DNA of 63,764 nt, counting the filler, from Reticulomyxa filosa (taxonomy: Eukaryota; Protista; Foraminifera), in assembly GCA_000512085.1 (NCBI GenBank). It is 13 parts of 13 records of this genome, joined end to end, with 100 filler letters (N's around TTAATTAATTAA, not from the genome) between each part and the next. Parts side by side here need not be neighbours in the genome. Positions count along the whole stretch, not along the records: positions 5,413 to 19,094 come from ASPP01024567.1; positions 19,195 to 23,914 come from ASPP01039567.1; positions 24,015 to 25,014 come from ASPP01033791.1; 10 more parts are not named here. One strand, given 5' to 3'. Positions 14,216 to 24,052 of this stretch are shown piece after piece (the first letter of the stretch is position 1; each line of letters starts with the position of its first letter). The position numbers and the translations under genes were made by a program. The notes below the pieces were generated by a model. The model saw only the letters and a list, made by a program, of their open reading frames with translations, was not told the origin of the DNA and did no database searches.

Positions 14216-17200
14216 GATAAGATTTTTTACTTCAATTGACATGAGAGAAATAAACACACAAACAAAGAAACGATAGGATAGAATCTGTTGAACCTGTTCT
14301 TTTGATGTGACAAGCGTCGATACTCTGCCAAGACATCCTCATCCCACTCCTCTTTTTTCTTTTCATAGGGTGCTTTATAATGCAAAGCAAAGAAGGAGTT
14401 AATCCAATTCAGGAAAGCGGGCGAATTACCAAACCATTCAATAGCTAACAAAATGCCAAAGTAACCGAATCCTTCGATCAACATTACCCACAAATCCAAG
14501 CCGGCTGCTCGTTCATCGTATACACTGATTTTCTCATGCCATAAAAATGTAACTCCACGAGTGGCAATACCACGATATGCGTCCCCCATACAAAAGGCTG
14601 GAATAAAGCGATAGACAATCTTTAATTTGGAATTGGTTCGATGCAATGATGGATCGTCAATAATATCCATAACCCAAGCTGCTACCATGGCAATGACGGA
14701 CATCGCCCAGTACACCAAAATCATAAAGCCTTGCGCAGTGGAAGGACTACCAAATACCAAACTCATTAGATAAGTGAATGGAGTAATGGAAAATCCATAT
14801 GCGATTGCAACTAAAAATACAGGGAAAAGAGCTTCTCCAACAAATAATGCCGATTGGAAAAATACACAATACAGCATTAAAAAGAATGCCGGAATAAATG
14901 ACATTGCGAAATCAAAAATATAATTGCCAAGCCAATATGATACAATATCAACACCGGACACCAATTGTTGATGTTTCACCATGGATACACGTTCATCCAC
15001 AAGCATGGCAATAAACGCCGCAGGCACAAATGATAGGCCCATTGCAAAGTTAATACTTGTCATAAAAGCGTTTGCCGCATCCACGATTTGTTGTTGCGAT
15101 GCGGTACGAGCAAATGGATGAGAAGCTGTTGCAATATTAGCATCAAAATCACCAGTCAAACGTTTTGTGAGTGATGTAGTAGCCAAGTTGTATCCTGTTG
15201 GGAATCCGTGGAATGCAGACGAATTGGCACCAATAATTGCAACAGAGGGATCAATTACTTGATTCATCCAAAATGATATGTATCTTGCTGTTACGTTATC
15301 TTTTCGTGTTCGGAGCAGTAAATCTTGCCATTGTGGTAATGATATATTGCTTTGATACGCCGTTGATTTATATCCAAGCCATTGTTGTCGTAACTTAGCG
15401 TCATTGTCATAATCATCCACTATCTCCATAAAACTAGGTGATTGATAATAACTCTTTACTGCCGATGGATCATATACATTGTAAGGAATGGTCAATTCTT
15501 CGTTTGATTTTGCTACAAAGTCCTTTTTTTTTGTTGTTGCCCCCCCTCCCATGTTTATTTGTTAATCCTATGGTATTTGCCCCTAATTAAATATATTATA
15601 AAACAATTCAAAACTTGTGTGTTAAAATAATACAGTGGCTGATCTTGCCACCAATCAATTCGAATGAACAATAATCCCAATAACATAAATATAGAAGGAA
15701 TTAAGATTTGACATAAAAACGTTTTATAGTCGCGTTTTGCACTGCGATATCGCTTTTGCAAGATGGCGCCCACGTGTAGCCAAAACAATCTGCTTGTGCA
15801 ACCGTTACTCATGTTATGAGCATCAATCAAATTTTCTTCATAATGCGCGCCTAGTATTTCGTCTTTGACCACCGCATCATACCCATCTAAGAATGATGGT
15901 CTTCGAACTGGCTCTGGAGTTGCTGCTCTATCTTTCGAGGTATCTTTGCTATGATCATTCGTGGTCTATATACCACCATATACACATTCTATTTGTATCC
16001 ACACTCTTTCTCTCTCTCTCTCTCTCTTTCTCAAAACAAAGATTTTGAAAAATGAAAAAAAAAAAAAAACAAATGAAAATAATAAAACAAACTGTAGATG
16101 GACGTTTTTGTCCGTCTTGATCGTTGTCCACATGATCACTTGGTTTGGACACTTCCCCCATTTCAATGTTGGTAATCGTGGTTCTTCCAGTAGAAGGTAA
16201 TGGTAATGTCTCAGCATCTAGTTGAGTTTTCTTGCCTGAATGACCACTCTGACTTACTTCACTTTTTTCCTCTTGAATATTGCTCTCATCATCAGTGGCA
16301 ATTTCTAAATGATTTGTTTGTCGTTGTTGTTGTTGTTGCTGCTGTTGTTGTTGATGTTGGAATTGGTCCGTGTTTGTTTTCTCCGGCAATGTGACTGGTT
16401 TATATCTGCCAGTATTTGTTCCAGTTACCTTTTTCTTCTTCCACCATTTCATCCCAGTTTCTTGCACTTGCAGAGTGGAATCTTTACTGCCATCTGAAGA
16501 TATTCTTTTCGAAATCGATTCTTCTTTTGAAAAGATAGCCGTTCGATTAATCATTCGAAACACTTCTTCCAAAGTGGTTGCACTAATGCCATACTTCACA
16601 AAGTTCAAACGATCACGATTTTCATCAAAATAGCGGAATAGAGTTGGTAGCATTGCATTATTTTCAAACGAAATACGAAATACCACTTCATTTGCTGCGT
16701 AACCGATGCATTTGCAATTTTCGTCTTTTAACACATGTTGGATTTCATGTGCCAAATTTCTTACAATTTGTGAGTCACTGTTTGTGCTCAGCGATATTGT
16801 TAAGGCATATCCAACATCATAGCGTTGCTTCAAAAAGAATGGAGAACCACAGCACATAAGTCTGCCATGAGCCATAATGCCAATTCGATCGGCCAAGATT
16901 TCTGCCTCGTCCATAAAATGCGTGGTTAAGATAATGCAGCGATTTTTTCGATATTCACGAATTAACTCCCAAGTTGCACGTCTTGCATAAGGGTCCATTC
17001 CCGTCGTTGGCTCATCCAAAATCACAATACTGGTTCGTCCAATCAAAGCAATGCATACACTTAATTTTCTCTTTTGGCCTCCTGACAATTGCATTGATAA
17101 AAACGCTCGTTTCTGTGAGTCGCAAAAAAGCAAAATCAGTAGCATGAATGCGATCAATGTAAAGAAAGGCAAGGAGATACATACACGGAGATACACACAC

Positions 17201-18997
17201 ATATATACATATATATATATATACATATACATATATATATATATATACATATACACAATGTTAACCTCTCGTAATCCCACTTTTGTCAATAACTCCAAAC
17301 ATAATTGATTTAATTCCTCTCCTTTCATACCATTCAAATTACCATAAAATTGCAAATGCTCCCATACGGTCAATCTTGGATACAAGATATCATGCTGTGG
17401 ACACAATCCCATTCGTTGCCGTACTAACTTCAAGTCATTGACCAAACTAAATTTTCTTCCACAATTGCATCACCATGTGTCACTGGCACCATACCCGTCA
17501 ACATATTGCAGGTCGTTGTCTTACCTGCTCCATTATGTCCAAGCAAGCAAAACACTTGATTGCGATACATTTTCAAATTCAAATGATTCACTGCTACATT
17601 TGTTCGTCCATGTTCTCCACTGTATACTTTGGTCAAGTCTTTTAATTCTAATATCGGTGCACCACTTTTTTTTTCGTCCACTGTTTCAATTGATGCAACA
17701 TCAATGTCGCGGTGCATTTGTTGTGATTTGTCCAAAATTTCTTTTTCATCAACTCGACTATTTTATTTCAAATGCGCATATACATACATATATACATTTA
17801 TACACATATGTATACATCACAAACATTATTCTCATCTTGACTTTTTTTTTTGTGAGGGAAAAACAAAATAAAAAAAAATAAAGTTGGATAACTGTATTCT
17901 GCAGACATGTTGTAAAATGTATTGATAACAACTCCAATCATCCATAAATTCAAATGGAGCATACCATGGTCTTCTCACTCCATATTCAGTTGGGAGAACG
18001 CGATCAAAATACAGCATTAACAAGCAATACACTACAGCATCGAAAAACATATACCACAAGGCAGTGCTCAGTCGGAAATACATTAATTCATTATATTCAC
18101 TCACATTGCTCCATTGAATACCAATTTGATATTCTTCATACTTTGATATTTGCAATATTGCTAACAAACAAATCAAAAGCAAGACATATATTTTTTCAAA
18201 AAAAAAAAAAATTGGAATAAAAAGACAAATATAAAATATCGCCCCTGCCCTCTTTGCACTTAACCCAATCCAAAAGCAGATGGTCCAGATATGCATACAG
18301 CATCTTTAGCAGATTCATGAGGTGCAGTCTCCACGAAACGATATATAAAGAATAAAAACATAAACAGCACCCATGCCATGGTTGCACTCATTTTCGGTTG
18401 ATTGAAAAACGTCGAAATAAGCATTGCGAGTGCAATCATATCCATTCCAAATAACTCGATTGTGATGAACAAGATGAAAGGATGGGTACGAGTGAATATC
18501 CACACAGACAACAGCCACGTCAAAAATACATTGGTCAAAGAGAACATTAGCCAATACGTTAAAGCGAATGATGTCAAATATGCGGCATTGCTTCCGCCCA
18601 AAATTCGAAATCCTTCTTTTAATCTCCATACTTTTTCTTCCACCAATGTTTTCGTTATTATGCAAAACGGATATGAGAATGATATCGCCATAAACAAAGG
18701 CAGCTTTGTTTGTTATTTTATTTCGATTGCATATTTATACAACACATAATAAACAAACACACAAGCAATTAGGCCAAGAGATTACAAAACAAGTCGCTCA
18801 ATGATAGGCCAGAATGAGTCGTCTTCATACGGTGAAAATGGAAATTGATGAAGACCAATTTTCAAACGCAATGCTTGAACTTGATCAATGGTCCACAAAA
18901 AGGATTGGTCCAAAGCGTTTTGGAATCCCAAAAATCCACTGCGATAGTATTTGTATACACTTTGTTGGGTCAAAAAAATTGGCGACATACCATACCT
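12661..18997 (-). CDS. ABC transporter subfamily A (full transporter), multi-exon, 5'-truncated by the contig end
   Basis: Two NBDs: GHNGAGKTT / LSGGQKRKL / [10 protein letters not shown] / TTHFMDEAE and GLNGAGKTT / LSGGNQR / DEPSSGMDP / [16 protein letters not shown] signatures [16 protein letters not shown] and SQTSLEQIF. Two TM blocks. Confidence 0.95.
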
Positions 18998-19194
18998 AAT
19001 TTTTGCAATATGTGTGTATATGTATGTGTGCATGGATGTATGTAATGTAATATTTCTCAATTTGTTGATTTTTTTTTTTTTTTTTTTTTTTTTTNNNNNN
19101 NNNNNNNNNNNNNNNNNNNNNNNNNNNNNNNNNNNNNNTTAATTAATTAANNNNNNNNNNNNNNNNNNNNNNNNNNNNNNNNNNNNNNNNNNNN

Positions 19195-19213
19195 AGGGCT
19201 TAGGGCCTAGGGC
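19195..19213 (+). repeat. Telomere-like heptamer repeats AGGGC-TTAGGGC-CTAGGGC at the element 3' terminus / contig end
   Basis: Units contain the TTAGGG/CTAGGG core. Only about 2.7 units are visible before the contig ends. Confidence 0.55.
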
Positions 19214-19244
19214 CGCGGACGACGCTTGCGCGTCGTCCGCGGCC
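19211..19244 (-). other. Perfect 15-bp GC-rich hairpin with GCAA (GNRA) tetraloop on the element sense strand
   Basis: GGCCGCGGACGACGC-GCAA-GCGTCGTCCGCGGCC on the minus strand. Confidence 0.92.
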
Positions 19245-19283
19245 TTTTGGCCTTTTGGCCCTGTTTATGTGTCATTTATTCGC

Positions 19284-19525
19284 GTGCCTAGCATGGTATT
19301 TGTGTGTGTGTGTGTGCCTAGCTTGATATTTGTGTGTGTGCCTAGCTTGCTGTGTGTGTTTACTGTGTATGTGCCTAGTATGTGTTGGTTGTGCCTAGTG
19401 ATTGTGCCTAGTGTATTTGTCTATTGACTGTGCCTAGTATGATATTTGTGCCTAGTGATGTTGATGTTTGTGCCTAGATGTGTTTGTGCCTAGTGTGTCC
19501 TTTGCCTTTTGTGATTTGTGCCTAT
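19284..19525 (-). repeat. Array of 10 exact CTAGGCAC octamers (+1 variant) with unique spacers in the retroelement 3' UTR
   Basis: GTGCCTAG on + at 19284, 19314, 19338, 19371, 19391, 19404, 19430, 19448, 19470 and 19486; variant GTGCCTAT at 19518 overlaps the RT stop codon. Confidence 0.92.
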
Positions 19526-21600
19526 TGCCTGTGTGTATTCCCTTTGTTTAGTGATCTGATAATGTTGTTGATGTCGCGATTTTTGGTGTATATTATTCGG
19601 GTTCTTTTGCCCGTGTTCTTTGATAGCTCCATTTCTGCTTCTTTGATGTATTTTCGTTTGATATTTTTGTGAAATGGTACATTGATATTGATGCAGTCGG
19701 TGGGTATGATGTATTTTCGCTGTCTTTTTTGTGTTTGTGTTTCCCACAGGTCGATCAATCTTTCTTTGATGTCCATTCTATGATATCCACATTGCCATAG
19801 TTGTATTTGTATTTGTTGTTGTGCGTTATGATATATTTCAGGCGTGGCTGATAGTCTGGCGATTCTTTGATTTATGCTGCGAATGGTTTGTAGGTACCAT
19901 TCTTTTTGTCCATGTGATGTTGGATTGATGTATGGTTGTTTTGTGACGTGTTTTATATGTGGTTCAAATGTGAATTTGTTTTGTAGTGTGTGTATTTGTG
20001 TGTTGTCGTTGTTTTTGATGGTGATCTGTGTATTTTCATTTTGGAGTGTTGTATTGTCTGTATTTGGAATGCTGTTGCTTGTTTTTATGATTAGATCGAG
20101 AAATTTTTGTGTGTTGCTGCATTCGCCAATGATTGGCCACTCTTTTTTGTACATGTATGGTATCCATTGTGTGATCACGTCGTATACGTTGATTTGATTC
20201 ATGTCTACTATGAATAGGACGTCATCCATGTATCCATACACTTTGAATATTTGTGAGTTGGTGTCAATGTGTTTATGTGTGAGAAATTTTTCTTCGCAGT
20301 AGTTGCGTACGATTTGTGCAGTTGGAGGGGCATCACTGTCTCCTTGTGCTAGACCTTTGATTGTTTTGTAGTATGTACCCTCTATTTCAAATGCTGACAT
20401 GTCAGCAAGGTTTCTGTAGTAGTCCAAGATGTATTCGAACTTTGTTTGATTTTCATTTTGAAAATTAATGGACATTTGTGTGTGATAGTGTGTGTATGCG
20501 TCAATGATTGTTTGGTATTCAATTTGATTGTAGAAGTCTTTGATATCGATGCCAATCATTATGTAATTTCTGTTTTTTCCTTGTAATTTGCGTATGCTTT
20601 CGGCTACATCATATGAATTTTTAATGCACCAATTTGTTCTACTTGCAATGTTGTCAAGGTACATTTGTGCTATCTGTTGTGCTTTTTTGGAAAGGTCTCT
20701 TTTGTATGTGTGGAATGATGATATGATTGGTCGGTATACGTGTGGTTTCTTGTGCAGCTTTATGATTGGGCTGCATTTTGATATTGTAGGTTTTTCAGGA
20801 GCATGTGTGTTGTGTGTGATGCTTTGATGTTTGTTTTTGAACATGTTGAATATATTCTTTTGTTTGTTGAGAATGCTGTCGAGATCACTTGTGGCTTCGT
20901 GTTGTGGCATGTGTTTTAACTTAGCCATGAGTTCATTATGTTGTTTGTCGTCGATGATGACGATTCCCTCATTGTGATCTGCAATGACGAACTTTACCTG
21001 CATCTCCTTTTCTATTTGCATTAATTTGGACTGTATGTTGAATGTGTGTGCATTATGTTCTTGTATTTGTGCTGCAAAATTGTCGCACGTGTTGTTTATT
21101 GCATTAGATTGTTTGTCGTCAATGTGGAGCATTTGTTGTGTTAGTTGGTCTAGTATGTTGCAGGTTCTGATGTTAGGTATACTTACTTTTTTCTTGATTT
21201 GTTCTTCAAGAAGTATATTCCTAATTTTTGCGTCGATGTTGTTGTTGTACGTTTGTATTGCGTTGTACGTACTGTTTTTGAGAGGGTTGTGTGTGTTGTT
21301 ATACGTATTTGTTTGATAGGGTGAGAAGTTCTTCCCTTTTGCAATTTGCTCGATGATTTCGAGGGGAATTTGTTTGTTGGTGAGTATTGTGACTTTTTCT
21401 TTGAGAATATCGGTCACGTATTGCAGATTTTGTTGGTGTATGTTTTCTTTGTTGGAATTTTTGCGAGAAAATATGGTTTTGTTGTTGTGTATGATGAGTT
21501 TTGCGAGTTGGAGATGTGTTTTGTTTTTTGCCGGTGCCTTTGAACGTTTTTTTGGGGGTTCAAGGGTGTCGGTTCTTAAACAAAAAAAGACGGCCTTTTT
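19522..21600 (-). CDS. Penelope-like reverse transcriptase (ORF2); frame open from 21600, probably expressed by -1 frameshift from ORF1
   Basis: PLE motifs in order: IAKGKNFSP, IADHNEGIVIID, PIIKLHK..YRPIISS, motif A GIDIKDFYNQI, motif B KGLAQGDSDAP, motif C YMDD (20221-20232), FLDL, thumb YINPTSHG..IRSINQRIARLS..CGYH, INVPFH. Stop follows with no GIY-YIG domain. Confidence 0.9.
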   Translation of the reverse strand, partial: KKAVFFCLRTDTLEPPKKRSKAPAKNKTHLQLAKLIIHNNKTIFSRKNSNKENIHQQNLQYVTDILKEKVTILTNKQIPLEIIEQIAKGKNFSPYQTNTYNNTHNPLKNSTYNAIQTYNNNIDAKIRNILLEEQIKKKVSIPNIRTCNILDQLTQQMLHIDDKQSNAINNTCDNFAAQIQEHNAHTFNIQSKLMQIEKEMQVKFVIADHNEGIVIIDDKQHNELMAKLKHMPQHEATSDLDSILNKQKNIFNMFKNKHQSITHNTHAPEKPTISKCSPIIKLHKKPHVYRPIISSFHTYKRDLSKKAQQIAQMYLDNIASRTNWCIKNSYDVAESIRKLQGKNRNYIMIGIDIKDFYNQIEYQTIIDAYTHYHTQMSINFQNENQTKFEYILDYYRNLADMSAFEIEGTYYKTIKGLAQGDSDAPPTAQIVRNYCEEKFLTHKHIDTNSQIFKVYGYMDDVLFIVDMNQINVYDVITQWIPYMYKKEWPIIGECSNTQKFLDLIIKTSNSIPNTDNTTLQNENTQITIKNNDNTQIHTLQNKFTFEPHIKHVTKQPYINPTSHGQKEWYLQTIRSINQRIARLSATPEIYHNAQQQIQIQLWQCGYHRMDIKERLIDLWETQTQKRQRKYIIPTDCININVPFHKNIKRKYIKEAEMELSKNTGKRTRIIYTKNRDINNIIRSLNKGNTHRQ
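21531..21588 (-). promoter_or_regulatory. Putative programmed -1 ribosomal frameshift signal
   Basis: Slippery heptamer T TTT TTT (21588-21582) in ORF1 phase. About 9 nt downstream lies the stem-loop CCG..CCTTGAAC / GTTCAAAGG..CGG. ORF2 is in the -1 frame. Confidence 0.65.
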
Positions 21601-23914
21601 TCAAAGTTTGTGTGCCTTGCATCTCTATAAAAGTTCCGGTTAGTTGCATGGTAGTTCCTTCTGAAGGTTTGCCAAGGTCTTTGTGTAGTTGGCGAGTTGT
21701 TATTTTGACTTTGAAAGTTTGTTTGTTGACTAGGTTGGTTTGTTTGTTGACTGTGCGTGTGACTGTAGACTTCTTGCGTTTCTCCAGCTTTACATTGGTT
21801 GTGCCAATGATTTCCTCCGCATTTTCTGCACAGCGATGGAGGCTCTGGGTGTTTGCCTCTCGCGTTATTTTCTGTACACTGATCTGTACCTCTTATATAA
21901 TTTTTTATGTGCGACCTTGCGTCGTTGTGAGTTTGCCGTCTCATGTTCCAATTTATTTTCTGGCTGTTCCATCTTTCTCTGCGTTGAAACACTTTTCCCC
22001 TTTGGGGCTGCGACATGATATTATTGTGTTGTGTTGTGAAATTATTGCGTTGCGACATTGCGTCACTGTGAATGTGATTGTTTTGTGTTGTTTCTGCAGC
22101 TATGGGGCATTGATTATGCCAGTGCATTTCGTTGCAGAATTTGCATGGTTTTGTTGGCATTTTTGTTTGATTGTCTTGCCATTTGTTAAAGATGTTTGGT
22201 TTTTTGTTGAAAGTGTTTGGCTTTCTGTAGAAAGGTGCATCTGGATGTTGATATTTCATGTTGTTTGTTTTATGCCAATTGTTTTGATACTTAGAGCGCT
22301 GATGCTTTTGATTTTTGAATTGATTGTTTTTGTTTTTCCAATGAGTTGTATCTGTTCTGGCCCTGTTCTTTACTGTGTTTTTTCTGCATTCATTGTTCCA
22401 GTGGTTGCCGTTGCAGTATTTGCATGGTGTTGGTGGTATGTTTTGTGTGATGTTTGTTGCGTTTTGTTCCGTTTTATTATTTTGTGTGTTGTTTGTATTT
22501 TTAGAACATTCACTATCCCAATGTTTACCATTACAGTGCTTGCATGGTCGTGTTGGTATACGTTTTATAGTTTTGTGTATATGTTTTTGACCTGCATCTT
22601 GTGTGTTGTTTTGTTGCATATTGGTTTGACTATTGATATATTTATTCTGCTGTGTGTTGTGTTGACTATTTGTGTAATTATTTTGTTGCTCATTGTTTTG
22701 TTGCTCATTGTTTTGTCCGTCCATATTGACGTCGCTGTTTTGTGTTTTTATTTTGCATATAGAATGATGATGCTTTCTGTCTCCACAGTGTTTGCATTTG
22801 TATTCGGGGCAGTCTTGGAACCAATGAAATGCATTTTTGTCGCAATTAATGCATGTGTTTTTTGGTGTATTGTGTGGTTGTAGTGATTGGCATGTGTATA
22901 TATTGTGTCCAATTTTGTTGCATCTCATGCATTTGACGTTTAGGTTGTTTTCACTGAGGATCCTGTCCATTATGATATTTTCTTTTCTCATTGTGGATTG
23001 TTTGATTGCAGCCTTAACTTTTTCATCGATTTGTATTGGTGGTGCAGCATTGATGCATGTATGAAAATAATAATTTAAATTATCATATGTATTTTGATTT
23101 GGTTGTATGTTTTGTATATTATTTTTAATTGCGTGTAGTGTTTCTTGTACTTCAAGGAGTTTGGATAGAAGTTGTGTTAGATAAACAAATGTTCTCATTT
23201 CTCTTATTTTGGCTTGATTGAGATGTATGCATTTAGTTTTGATTTTTGTGTCATTGCATTGTATGATAGGTTGTTTTACTTTCCATCTTATCCGTAATTG
23301 GTTTGCGATTTTGATTGCGTAGCTTTGACATAATCTTAGGTTCGAGCACATTTTTATTATCCATGTACTCATTTTTGTTGTATTGTGGTCCATATCTGCG
23401 GATGTGTCGATGTCTTTTGTGCATGTGTTTTGTATTTTTAATTTTTGTAGGATTTCTGGCAGTTGTGTGCATATGTCATTGATTATATTGTCATATTCGC
23501 CTGCATCATGATTAGTCGCATATATGGTGCTCCAAAATATGGCGTTTATATTTATTCCGTCGTTGTATATGGCAGTATTTTGTTTTAGCACCCCGAATTC
23601 CTTAAAGTCAATGTGTGTGTTGCTTTGTGTGTTTGTTATTGTTTGTTTTAGCCATTGTATGGCGATGATTGGATTTATTTTGTCAAAATTATCTTCGTTG
23701 TTTTCATTGATTTTACATTCGATAGGTGTTGTGTGTTGCTGCCCATTATTATCTTGGTACTCATGATTTTGATGCTCACTATCATCTTGTTCATGATTTT
23801 GAAGCTCATGTTCCTGTTGCTCATCGTTTTGTGCTTCATTTTTTTGTTCCTCGTAATTATTATTAATATTATCATTATTATTATTATTAATATTATTAAT
23901 ATTATTGATATTGG
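21576..23914 (-). CDS. ORF1: Gag-like nucleic-acid-binding protein with 7 CCHC zinc knuckles; frame open to the contig end
   Basis: CMRCNKIGHNIYTC, CINCDKNAFHWFQDC, CKHCGDRKHHHSIC, CKHCNGKHWDSEC, CKYCNGNHWNNEC, CKFCNEMHWHNQC, CRKCGGNHWHNQC. Manual translation shows no stop between 23591 and 23914 (N/Q/E/H-rich). Confidence 0.8.
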
Positions 23915-24014
23915 NNNNNNNNNNNNNNNNNNNNNNNNNNNNNNNNNNNNNNNNNNNNTTAATTAATTAANNNNNNNNNNNNNNNNNNNNNNNNNNNNNN
24001 NNNNNNNNNNNNNN

Positions 24015-24050
<36 letters not shown>

Positions 24051-24052
<2 letters not shown>

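Larger units (their letters stand above)
19195..23914 (-). mobile_element. Endonuclease-deficient Penelope-like retroelement (Athena/Coprina-like organisation), 5'-truncated by the contig end
   Basis: Intronless ORF1 (zinc knuckles) plus PLE-type RT with no GIY-YIG domain. Repeat-rich 3' UTR, terminal hairpin and telomere-like repeats. Strongly A/C-rich sense strand, unlike neighbouring host genes. Confidence 0.85.

Noticed and set aside
19205-19250. Hairpin + TTTT as a bacterial rho-independent terminator, or hairpin + CTAG as a Helitron end
   Set aside because: The T run is on the non-coding strand of a eukaryotic element, and there is no Rep/helicase. The retroelement 3' end explains it better.
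19195-19521. Hammerhead ribozyme expected in Penelope-like termini
   Set aside because: No CTGANGA...GAAA core was found by eye on the sense strand of the 3' UTR. A covariance-model search would be needed to exclude a variant.
19284-19525. CRISPR interpretation of the repeat-spacer array
   Set aside because: The repeat is only 8 nt, spacers are irregular (5-25 nt) and low-complexity, there are no cas genes, and the context is eukaryotic.
19522-21600. RT as telomerase (TERT), retron or LINE
   Set aside because: No TERT T/CP motifs and no APE or RLE endonuclease; the N-terminal and thumb motifs are Penelope-type.
21501-22883. 460-aa hydrophobic + strand ORF (and similar ORFs at 19874-21643)
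   Set aside because: Antisense shadow of the A/C-rich ORF1/RT. The G/T bias removes stops and yields V/L/C/F-rich pseudo-proteins.
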